From contig JAPDFW010000055.1 of the NCBI GenBank assembly GCA_028826165.1, positions 496,001-560,000 on the forward strand: a DNA stretch of 64,000 nt, written 5' to 3'. How positions within the stretch are numbered: the stretch's first letter is position 1; every line of letters starts with the position of its first letter. Position numbers and translations under genes: made by a program. The notes under the pieces were generated by a model, which searched no databases, was not told the DNA's origin, and was given only the letters and a program-made list of their open reading frames with translations. This DNA comes from Anaeramoeba ignava BMAN (Eukaryota; Protista; Anaeramoebae). Below, piece by piece: positions 1 to 10,290 of this stretch.

Positions 1-209
1 AAATACACTGTTGATTCTTTGTGAATTTTATAATAATCTAAAGTTGTCTCATCTTTTAGTTTTTTCCCTTCAAAAATGAGTATTTGATCTTGATATGGAA
101 TTGCTTTTTTTTCTTCGATTTTAACTTTTATTTCCATAATTGATTCTGTTTTGCCAACTTGTAAACTCATTGTTTTTTCTTCATTTAAAGTTTTTATTAA
201 AATTTTCAT
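1..209 (-). CDS. Ubiquitin-like protein, 3' part truncated by window edge
   Basis: Not in the ORF track. Manual translation from ATG at 209: MKILIKTLNEEKTMSLQVGKTESIMEIKVKIEEKKAIPYQDQILIFEGKKLKDETTLDYYKIHKESTVY, which aligns to ubiquitin. Confidence 0.85.
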   Translation of the reverse strand, partial: MKILIKTLNEEKTMSLQVGKTESIMEIKVKIEEKKAIPYQDQILIFEGKKLKDETTLDYYKIHKESTVY

Positions 210-490
210 TTGCAAAAAAATGAAAAAAAAAATGAAAAAAAAATGAAAAAAAATGATTTTGAAATTTCATTTATTAAAATTTGAGAAAAAAAGAGATCAA
301 AACAATTTCGAATTTGATTTTGATTAATTAAAGAATTTGAATTTGAATTTAAATTTGAATTTTGATTTTGATTTTGAATCAATTTTTCGAGATTGAGTTT
401 ATTCTGTTTTTTTTTCTTATTTCTAGATCAAAAAAAATTTAAAAAAAAAGAATAATTGAAGATTAATTAAAATTTTTCTAAAGATTAATT

Positions 491-1963
491 TTAATAATTT
501 ACTTCAAATGCAACATTCACTCGGATTTTTCGATTTCGAATTTCTTTTCCATCAAATTGTAAAGCTTTTTGTTGGTCTTCATGAGTTTTAAAATCAACAA
601 ACCCAAAACCTTTACTAGTTCCATTTCTTTCTCTTGCAATTCTTGCTTCTTTCACATCAAATTTTTGGAATATTCTTTTGAGTTCTTCATCTTTGAGATA
701 ATATGAGAGATTTGTGATGTGAATCTTTGTTTTGCTATTTTGTTTCTGATTATTATTCTTTTTCTTATTTTCATCTTTTAATTCAATTTTGATTTTTCTT
801 CCTTTTAATTGGAAATTTGGAAAGTTTTCAATAATTTTTTTAGCATCTGTAGAAGATTTTAAATCAACAAATCCATATCCAGCTGATCTTCCATTTTTTT
901 TAATCAGAGAGACCTTTTCCCTATTTTTGGATCAGAAATTTTTTCAAAAATAAATTTGATTGGATAAAAATTTTTTTGATTTTGATTTTTACACTTCAAC
1001 AAATTTGGAAAATTCTTTTTTGATTTCTTCTTCAGTAACTGAAAAAGGGAGATTACCAAGATAGACTGTTTTAATCGAATCATTTTCATCTTCTGGTAAT
1101 TCCTCACTATTTTTTTGATTTTGAATTTGATTTTGAATTTGAATTTGGTTTTGATTTTGATTTTAATTTTGATTTTGATTTTGATTTTGATTTTGATTTT
1201 GATTTTGATTTTGATTTTGATTTTGATTTTGATTTTGATTTTGATTTTGATTTTGATTTTGATTTTGATTTTAAAAAAAAATGAATTACTTGATTTTTTT
1301 TGCATCCAAAATAAGTGATTTCCAACTTGCTGTTCCTCCTTTTTCTAAATCAAAAACATGATAGCTATTGTCAACAGTTTTCCAATCACTTGATTCTTCT
1401 TTCATTTTTCCATTTTCTTTTTTTATTCCTCCAAATTTCCATTTACAATCAACAAAAGCAGGTTTTTCAGATTCAACAAGTTGTTTACAAATAGGACAAA
1501 CACATTTTTTCAAAATGTCATGGGAACTTATTTCAAAAGTTCCAAATCCAAATTGGATAATAACCCATTGATTATGAGCTTTACAATCTTTATTAGTACA
1601 TTTTCCTTCAAGATTCAATCCATTACAAGCATATCTCCAATCAGGAGCATCTGTTACAAAATCTCTTGTTTTCCAAGCATCTTTAGTCATATCAGCAAAT
1701 TCCAAATCTGGAGAAATTCCTCCTCCTCTTAATCTCAAAACGAAATGAATTGTTGTTCCACACTGAATATTGTAATCTTTTATTTTCTTTTCTGATTGAA
1801 GTTGCATTCTTTTATAGATTAATCTAATTTGTTTAACAGGAATTCCTTCAGATTCATGAACTTTCTCCATCAAACTATCTACGGTTTCAGATTCATCAAC
1901 ATCTAAAGCAATTACTGTTCCTTTTAAATTTTTAACAAAAATTTGCATTTTTTGTTTTTGCAT
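491..1963 (-). CDS. Ubl (LRLRGG) + uncharacterised Cys-rich domain, probably spliced to two RRM domains
   Basis: ORF 1286-1963 encodes Ubl-X. Intron 1107-1289 (GTAATT..ATAG) and intron 921-992 (GTAAAA..ATAG) join in frame to KTVYLGNLPFSVTEEEIKKEF..GRSAGYGFVDL and KIHITNLSY..SKGFGFVDF..IRVNVAF (RNP2/RNP1 motifs). Confidence 0.75.
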
Positions 1964-2319
1964 TTTCTTTTGTTTTTGAAAAATAATTGAAATAAAAAAA
2001 TTTAATCAAAAATAAAAATGAAGAAGATTTTATTTGAGAATTTGTTTTTAAATATTTTACTTGAAAAAGAAAAAGTGGATAGTTTTTTCAAATCTAAAAC
2101 TCTTTTACTTCTTGAATAAATCTAAACTTGTCAACTTTTTGATTAAATATTTTTTATTGAAAAAAAAAAAGGGAAAAGTGGATAATTTTTTTTAGTTAAA
2201 TTTCTTTTTTTAATTTAATTTATTAAAAATTTTAAAGAAAAAAAAATAAGAGATCAAAATAATTTTAAAACAAAAAAAATGAATTTCAAATTGAATTTAA
2301 TTATTGAAAAAAGAAGAAA

Positions 2320-3237
2320 TTATTTCAAGTTTTTTAAATGACATGTAAATTGAAATTTTCTTTTTGATTTTGGTTTTGATTTTGGAATTAAATTGGAATT
2401 GAAATCTTCATTAAAATTAGAATTAAAATTAGAATTAGAATTAAAATTAGAATTGGAATTGGAATTAAAATTGGAATTAAAATTAGAATTAAAATTGGAA
2501 TTAGAATTAGAATTGAAATCTTCATTAGAATTAGATTTGGAATTAGAATTGAAATTTTGATTGCGAATTCTATATCCATTTCTTCTTTCAGCATAAAAAG
2601 TAAGTGATTTCCAACTTGATATTCCACTTTGTTCTAAATGAAAAACATAATAATGATTTCCAATAGTTTGCCAATCACTTGATCTTGTTTGAATTTTTCC
2701 ATTTTCTGTTATTCCTTCAAATCTCCATTTACAAGTAGAAAAAGCAGGTTTTTCAGGTTGAATAAGTTCTTTACAAATAGGACAAATACATTTTTCCAAA
2801 ACATTTTTAGAATTCATTTCAAAAGTTCCAAATCCAAAATGCATAATAACCCATTCATTATGAGCTTTACAATCTTGATTAGTACATTTTCCTTCAAGAT
2901 TCAATCCTTTGCAAGCTTTTCTCCAATCAGGAACATTTTTGGAAAAGGTTTTTTTTTTCCAAGCATTTTTAGTCATATCAGCAAATTGCATATCTGGTAA
3001 ACAAGAATCTCCTCTTCTTAATGTCAAAATTAACTGAATTGTTGATTCTTTGTGAATATTGTAATCATTTAATGTTCTTCCCGGTTTTAATAGTTTTCCT
3101 GCGAAAACAAGTTTTTGTTGATCTGGTGGAATTCCTTCTTTATCTTGTATTTTGGATTTTATTTTCTCTGTTGTATCGAATGGTTGAACTTTTAAAGTAA
3201 TTGTTTTTCCTGTTAATGTTTTAATATAAATTTTCAT
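2320..3237 (-). CDS. Ubl (ends LRRGD, no di-Gly) + Cys-rich domain + N/S/F low-complexity tail
   Basis: [25 protein letters not shown]; [17 protein letters not shown]. Confidence 0.85.
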   Translation of the reverse strand: MKIYIKTLTGKTITLKVQPFDTTEKIKSKIQDKEGIPPDQQKLVFAGKLLKPGRTLNDYNIHKESTIQLILTLRRGDSCLPDMQFADMTKNAWKKKTFSKNVPDWRKACKGLNLEGKCTNQDCKAHNEWVIMHFGFGTFEMNSKNVLEKCICPICKELIQPEKPAFSTCKWRFEGITENGKIQTRSSDWQTIGNHYYVFHLEQSGISSWKSLTFYAERRNGYRIRNQNFNSNSKSNSNEDFNSNSNSNFNSNFNSNFNSNSNSNFNSNSNFNSNFNEDFNSNLIPKSKPKSKRKFQFTCHLKNLK

Positions 3238-3869
3238 TTTTTGTTTTTGTTTTTGTTTTTGTTTATGAAAATTGATTGAAATAAAAAAATTTAATCAAAA
3301 TGAAAAATGAAGAAGATTTTATTTGAAAATTTGTTTTTAAATTTTGATCAATAAAAACGGAAAAAAAACTTAAAAAGAAATTTTTTTTTCCTTTTCCATT
3401 TCTTATTTATTTCTCAATGTTTCCAAAAAAAAAGGAAAAAAAGAAGAAAAGAAAGAAAATCAATTTAATTTTAAATAATTAATTTTTGGATCAATCAAAA
3501 AAGGAAAAAAAGAATTAAAATTAAATTTGAATTTGATTTTGAAATTTCATTTATTAAAAATTTGAGAAAAAAAGAGATCAAAACAATTTCGAATTTGATT
3601 TTGATTTATTAAAGAATTTGAATTTGAATTTAAATTTGATTTTGATTTTGATTTTGGTTTTGATTTTGATTTCGGTTTTGATTTTGGATTTAAATTGATT
3701 TTGAATTTGATTTTGATTTTGATTTTGATTTAGATTTTGGTTTTGATTTTGGTTTTGATTTTGGTTTTGATTTTGGTTTTGATTTTTGATTTGAATTTGA
3801 ATTTAATTTTTGATTTTGATTTTGAATTTAATTTTGATTTGAATTTGATTTTGATTTTCAATTTAGAAA

Positions 3870-5669
3870 TCAATCATTTTTTTCAGTATAAAAAGTAAGT
3901 GATTTCCAAGTTGCTGTTCCTCCTTTTTCCAAATCAAAAACATGATAATGATTTCCAATAGGTTGCCATTCACTTGATTCTTTTTTCAATTTTCCATTTT
4001 CTTTTTTTATTCCTTCAAATTTCCATTTACAATCAACAAAAGCAGGTTTTTCAGATTCAACAAGTTCTTTACAAATAGGACAAATAGATTTTTCCAAAAC
4101 CTTTTGAGAATTCATTTCAAAAGTTCCAAATCCAAAATGCATAATAACCCATTCATTATGAGCTTTACAATCTTTATTAGTACATTTTCCTTCAAGATTC
4201 AAACCATTGCAAGCTTTTCTCCAATCAGGAGCATCTTTTGACCAATCTCTTGTTTTCCAAGCATTTTCTGTCATATTAGCAAATTGCATATCTGGTAAAC
4301 AAGAACCTCCTCCTCTTAATTTCAAAATTAACTGAATTGTTGTTCCACACTGAATATTGTAATCATTTAATCTTTTTCCTGATTGAAGTTGTTTTCCTTT
4401 ATACATTGATCTAAATTGTTCAACAGGAGTTCCTTCAGATTCATGAATTTTCTCCATCAAACTATCTACAGAATCTTCTTTATTTACTTCTAAATCAATT
4501 CTTTTTCCTTCCCAAGTTTTAACAAAAACTATTGAAATTTGATTGTATTTTAATTGAAATTTTGATTGATTTCTAAAAATTTTATCAAAAAAAAAGAAAG
4601 AAAACTTACTTTGAATAATCGGATTGTTATTATGATTATTATTGATTTGAGAATTAACAGTTTGTAGTGTTCTTTTCATTTGATCCAAACATTGAATAAA
4701 TTCATTTAATGAACATCTTTCTTTTCGGTTTTGACTCCATCCTTTTTTAATAACTTCAATTAATTCTTTTGGAAAATTATTTGGAAATTCTGGTCTTGTT
4801 CCTTGCATAATTTTCATAGTAACTATCATTGAATTTTCATTTTGAAAAGGTTGTTTCTTTGAGAAAATTTGAAATAAAATCATTGATAAACTGAAAATAT
4901 CACAAGAAGAATCATATTCATTTCCTTGTTGAAAAAGTTCTGGAGCTGAATATAAAAGTGAAAGAGCAACTGATGTAACTTTCATTGTATGTTCACTAAT
5001 TTTAGAAAGTCCAAAATTAGAAATTTTTGGTTGATTATTTGAAATGAGAATATTTTGAGGTTTTAAATCACGATGAATAATTGATTTTAAATGTAAATAT
5101 TTGATTCCATCAATAATTTTTAAAGAATAATCAATTTGTTCTTGAAATGTTAAATTTGGGATTTTTTGTTCTAAATTTCCTTGTTCAGCATATTCCATTA
5201 AGATTCCAAAACTTTTATCAAATTCAACAATTCCAAAAATTCTGATGATATTTGAGTGGCTCAATTTGGTAGCTAATTGAAGTTCATTTTGAAATTCTTT
5301 TTTTGATTTTTCATCAGCTTGAATTCTTAATTTCTTTAAAGCAACTTGATTTGTTCCCCATTGTACTCTGTAGATATCAGCTGAACCTCCTCCAGCAAAA
5401 GGTTCATCACCAATATTAATCTGAGATAAAGGAATAATTGGCACATTTGGAATAATTTGCTTGTTTTTGTTTTTTTCAACTAATTGTAATAAATCAACAT
5501 TTAAAATTGTTTGGAAATTTTTTAATGAAGTTCTGCAAAATGGACAACTATAAATATTTTTTAAACAGCACTCACAAACTGAATGACCTTCTACACAAAC
5601 AATCATTGGTTTTCTTACTTCTGAATACTCTTTAAAACAAATTGGGCAAGTTAATGATTGAAATTCCAT
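3870..5669 (-). CDS. RING finger + TKL-type kinase (DFG->NFG) + Ubl (LRGG) + Cys-rich domain
   Basis: CPIC..C.EGH.VCECC..CPFCR; VALKK, HRDLKPQN, NFG, APE. Probable in-frame 81-nt intron 4529-4609 (GTAAGT..ATAG) restores QIFVKT at the Ubl start. Confidence 0.85.
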   Translation of the reverse strand: MEFQSLTCPICFKEYSEVRKPMIVCVEGHSVCECCLKNIYSCPFCRTSLKNFQTILNVDLLQLVEKNKNKQIIPNVPIIPLSQINIGDEPFAGGGSADIYRVQWGTNQVALKKLRIQADEKSKKEFQNELQLATKLSHSNIIRIFGIVEFDKSFGILMEYAEQGNLEQKIPNLTFQEQIDYSLKIIDGIKYLHLKSIIHRDLKPQNILISNNQPKISNFGLSKISEHTMKVTSVALSLLYSAPELFQQGNEYDSSCDIFSLSMILFQIFSKKQPFQNENSMIVTMKIMQGTRPEFPNNFPKELIEVIKKGWSQNRKERCSLNEFIQCLDQMKRTLQTVNSQINNNHNNNPIIQSKFSFFFFDKIFRNQSKFQLKYNQISIVFVKTWEGKRIDLEVNKEDSVDSLMEKIHESEGTPVEQFRSMYKGKQLQSGKRLNDYNIQCGTTIQLILKLRGGGSCLPDMQFANMTENAWKTRDWSKDAPDWRKACNGLNLEGKCTNKDCKAHNEWVIMHFGFGTFEMNSQKVLEKSICPICKELVESEKPAFVDCKWKFEGIKKENGKLKKESSEWQPIGNHYHVFDLEKGGTATWKSLTFYTEKND

Positions 5670-6072
5670 TTTTTAAAAAAGATAAAAATGAAAAATGAAA
5701 AAAAGGAAAAAAAGGAAAAAAAGGAAAAAAGGAAAAAAAAATAAAAAAGTGGATAGTTTTTTCAAATCCAAAAATCTTTTATTTCTTGAATAAATCTAAA
5801 CTTGTCAACTTTTTGATTAAATATTTTTTATTGAAAAAAAAAAAAGGGAAAAGTGGATAATTTTTTTTTAATTAAATTTCTTTTTTTAATTTAATTTATT
5901 AAAAATTTTAAAGAAAAAAAATAAGAGATCAAAATAATTTTAAAACAAAAAAATGAATTTCAAATTGAATTTAATTATTGAAAAAAGAAGAAATTATTTC
6001 AAGTTTTTTAAATGACATGTAAATTGAAATTTTCTTCTTTTTGATTTTGGTTTTGATTTTGGAATTTAGAAA

Positions 6073-6660
6073 TCAATCATTCCTTTGAGGATAAAAAGTA
6101 AGTGATTTCCAACTTGAAGTTCCTCCTTTTTCCAAATCAAAAACATGATAGCTATTGTCAACAGTTTTCCAATCACTTGATTCTTGTTTCATTTTTCCAT
6201 TTTCTTTTTTTATTCCTTCAAATTTCCATTTACAATCAACAAAAGCAGGTTTTTCAGGTTCAACAAGTTCTTTACAAATAGGACAAATAGATTTTTCCAA
6301 AACCTTTTGAGAATTCATTTCAAAAGTTCCAAATCCAAAATGCATAATAACCCATTCATTATGAGCTTTACAATCTTGATTAGTACATTTTCCTTCAAGA
6401 TTCAATCCTTTACAAATTTGTTTCCAAATTGGAACATTTTTGGAAAAGGTTTTTTTTTTCATTTCATCAAGTAATTCTAATACAGTCCTATTTCTTATTG
6501 GTTGGAAATTTGTTAAGGAAAATCTGCAAAATGGGCATTCTTCCATATTCTTTAAACAGTGCTCACATACTGAATGACCTTCTTTGCAAATAATCATTGG
6601 TTTTCTTACTTCTGAATACTCTTCAAAACAAATTTGACAAGTTAATGATTGAAATTCCAT
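6073..6660 (-). CDS. RING finger directly fused to the Cys-rich domain (no kinase or Ubl)
   Basis: RING N-terminus closely similar to 3870-5669, followed by [17 protein letters not shown]. Confidence 0.8.
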   Translation of the reverse strand: MEFQSLTCQICFEEYSEVRKPMIICKEGHSVCEHCLKNMEECPFCRFSLTNFQPIRNRTVLELLDEMKKKTFSKNVPIWKQICKGLNLEGKCTNQDCKAHNEWVIMHFGFGTFEMNSQKVLEKSICPICKELVEPEKPAFVDCKWKFEGIKKENGKMKQESSDWKTVDNSYHVFDLEKGGTSSWKSLTFYPQRND

Positions 6661-7036
6661 TTTTTAAAAAAAATAAAAATGAAGAAGAAATTTGAGAAAG
6701 GAAAAAGGAAAAATAAAAAAGTGGATAGTTTTTTCAAATCTAAAAATCTTTTATTTCTTGAATAAATCTAAACTTGTCAACTTTTTGATTAAATATTTTT
6801 TATTAAAAAAAAAAAAGGGAAAAGTGGATAATTTTTTTTTAATTAAATTTCTTTTTTTAATTTAATTTATTAAAAATTTTAAAGAAAAAAAAATAAGAGA
6901 TCAAAATAATTTCAAAACAAAAAAATGAATTTCAAATTGAATTTAATTATTGAAAAAAGAAGAAATTATTTCAAGTTTTTTAAATGACATGTAAATTGAA
7001 ATTTTTTTCTTTTTGATTTTGGTTTTGATTTTGGAA

Positions 7037-7939
7037 TTAAATTGGAATTGAAATCTTCATTAAAATTAGAATTAAAATTAGAATTAAAATTAGAATTAAA
7101 TTAGAATTAAAATTAAAATTAGAATTGGAATTAAAATTAGAATTGGAATTAGAATTAGAATTGAAATTAGAATTAGATTTGGAATTAGAATTGAAATTAG
7201 AATTAGATTTGGAATTAGAATTGAAATTAGAATTAGATTTGGAATTAGAATTGAAATTTTGATTGCGAATTCTATATCCATTTCTTCTTTCAGCATAAAA
7301 AGTAAGTGATTTCCAACTTGATATTCCACTTTGTTCTAAATGAAAAACATAATAATGATTTCCAATAGTTTGCCAATCACTTGATCTTGTTTGAATTTTT
7401 CCATTTTCTGTTATTCCTTCAAATCTCCATTTACAAGTAGAAAAAGCAGGTTTTTCAGGTTCAACAAGTTCTTTACAAATAGGACAAATACATTTTTCCA
7501 AAACCTTTTTAGAATTCATTTCAAAAGTTCCAAATCCAAAATGCATAATAACCCATTCATTATGAGCTTTACAATCTTGATTAGTACATTTTCCTTCAAG
7601 ATTCAAACCTTTGCAAGCTTTTCTCCAATCAGGAACATTTTTGGAAAAGGTTTTTTTTTTCCAAGCATTTTTAGTCATATCAGCAAATTGCATATCTGGT
7701 AAACAAGAATCTCCTCTTCTTAATGTCAGAAGCAAATGAAGTGTTGATTCTTTTTGAATATTGTAATCATTTAATGTTTTTCCCGGTTTTAATAGTTTTC
7801 CTGCAAAAACAAGTTTTTGTTGATCTGGTGGAATTCCTTCTTTATCTTGTACTTTTGCTTTGACAATTTGGATTGTATCAGATGGATCAACTTCTAAAGT
7901 AATTGTTTTTCCTGTTAATGTTTTAACAAAAATTTGCAT
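7037..7939 (-). CDS. Ubl (LRRGD) + Cys-rich domain, recent duplicate of 2320-3237
   Basis: [17 protein letters not shown]; near-identical domain and flanks. The repetitive tail appears frameshifted, so the true stop is probably near 6967. Confidence 0.85.
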   Translation of the reverse strand: MQIFVKTLTGKTITLEVDPSDTIQIVKAKVQDKEGIPPDQQKLVFAGKLLKPGKTLNDYNIQKESTLHLLLTLRRGDSCLPDMQFADMTKNAWKKKTFSKNVPDWRKACKGLNLEGKCTNQDCKAHNEWVIMHFGFGTFEMNSKKVLEKCICPICKELVEPEKPAFSTCKWRFEGITENGKIQTRSSDWQTIGNHYYVFHLEQSGISSWKSLTFYAERRNGYRIRNQNFNSNSKSNSNFNSNSKSNSNFNSNSKSNSNFNSNSNSNSNFNSNSNFNFNSNLILILILILILILMKISIPI

Positions 7940-8214
7940 TTTCTTCTTATTTTTGTTTATGAAAATTAATTGAAATAAAAAAATTTAATCAAAATGAAAA
8001 ATGAAGAAGATTTTATTTGAAAATTTGTTTTTAAATTTTGATCAATAAAAACGGAAAAAAAACTTAAAAAGAAATTTTTTTTTCCTTTTCCATTTCTTAT
8101 TTATTTCTCAATGTTTCCAAAAAAAAGGAAAAAAAGAAAGAAAAGAAAGAAAATCAATTTAATTTTAAATAACTAATTTTTGGATCAATCAAAAAAGGAA
8201 AAAAAGAATTAAAA

Positions 8215-9085
8215 TTAATTTTGAATTTGAATTTGATTTTGAATTTGATTTTGAATTTGAATTTGATTTTGATTTTGATTTTGATTTTGATTTTGATTTT
8301 GATTTGATTTTGAATTTGAATTTGATTTTGAATTTGAATTTGATTTTAATTTTGATTTTGATTTTGATTTTGATTTTGATTTTGAATTTAATTTTGAATT
8401 TGATTTTGATTTTGAATTTAATTTTGATTTTGAATTTAATTTTGATTTTGATTTTGATTTTAATTTTGAATTTGAATTTAATTTTGAATTTAATTTTGAT
8501 TTTAATTTTGAATTTGATTTAAATTTGATTTTGATTTTGAATTTGATTTTGAATTTTGAATTTGATTTGATTTTGATTTTGAATTTGAATTTGAATTTGA
8601 TTTTAATTTTGATTTTGATTTTGATTTTAATTTTGAATTTGATTTAAATTTGATTTTGAATTTGATTTTTGATTTGAATTTGAATTTGAATTTAAAATTT
8701 GATTTTGAATTTTGAATTTGATTTTGATTTGATTTTGATTTTGATTTTGATTTTGAATTTTGAATTTGATTTGATTTTGATTTTGAATTTGATTTTGAAT
8801 TTGAATTTGATTTTGATTTGAATTTGATTTTGATTTTGATTTTGAATTTTGAATTTGATTTTGATTTTGATTTTTGATTTTGATTTTGATTTTGATTTTG
8901 AATTTGAATTTGAATTTGATTTTGATTTTGATTTTGATTTAGATTTTAATTTTGATTTTGAATTTGATTTCGAATTTAAAATTTGAATTTGAATTTGAAT
9001 TTGAATTTGGTTTTGAATTGAAATTTGATTTAAATTTGATTTTGATTTTGATTTTGATTTTGATTTTGATTTTGGTTTTGAATTG
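8215..9085. repeat. (GATTTT/GAATTT)n hexamer microsatellite
   Basis: Directly visible; source of spurious IL/KI ORFs. Confidence 0.95.
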
Positions 9086-9089
9086 AAAT

Positions 9090-9929
<840 letters not shown>

Positions 9930-9957
9930 TTATTCAAAAAATATTTCTCCTTTTAAA

Positions 9958-10221
9958 TTAAATAATAAAACAAGAACAACAAGAACAATGAGATTTTTCA
10001 GGAAGTTTTGCAACGAATTCAAGAGTATCTCTTTGATCAATTTCATAATCATTGAATGTTCTTTCATTTTCAAGTTCTTTCCCTAAATGAAAAATTCTTT
10101 GTTCATTAATTGGAATTTTTTCTTGTTTTTTAATTTTTGTTTTAAGTTTTTTAATTGAATCATTTGAATCCATTTCAAAATATCCCATTATTCCTGTAAA
10201 ATCTTTCACTTCAATTTGCAT
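9958..10221 (-). CDS. Ubiquitin-fold protein with C-terminal Cys cluster and CaaX box (membrane-anchored Ubl-like)
   Basis: Ubl pattern (IP..EQRIF..GKELE..RT..DY.I); ends HCSCCSCFII*. Confidence 0.75.
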   Translation of the reverse strand: MQIEVKDFTGIMGYFEMDSNDSIKKLKTKIKKQEKIPINEQRIFHLGKELENERTFNDYEIDQRDTLEFVAKLPEKSHCSCCSCFII

Positions 10222-10290
10222 TTTAGAAAAAAATTGAAAAAAAAATGATCAAATTTATTTTCATTTTTTTCATTTTTCATTTTTTAAAAA

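Noticed and set aside
904-1325. ORFs of (KI)n, (SK)n, (IL)n, and similar ones at 8304, 16626, 21885-22797, 26722-28004, 52375 and 62093-62486
   Set aside because: These are translations of stop-free microsatellites in introns or intergenic DNA.
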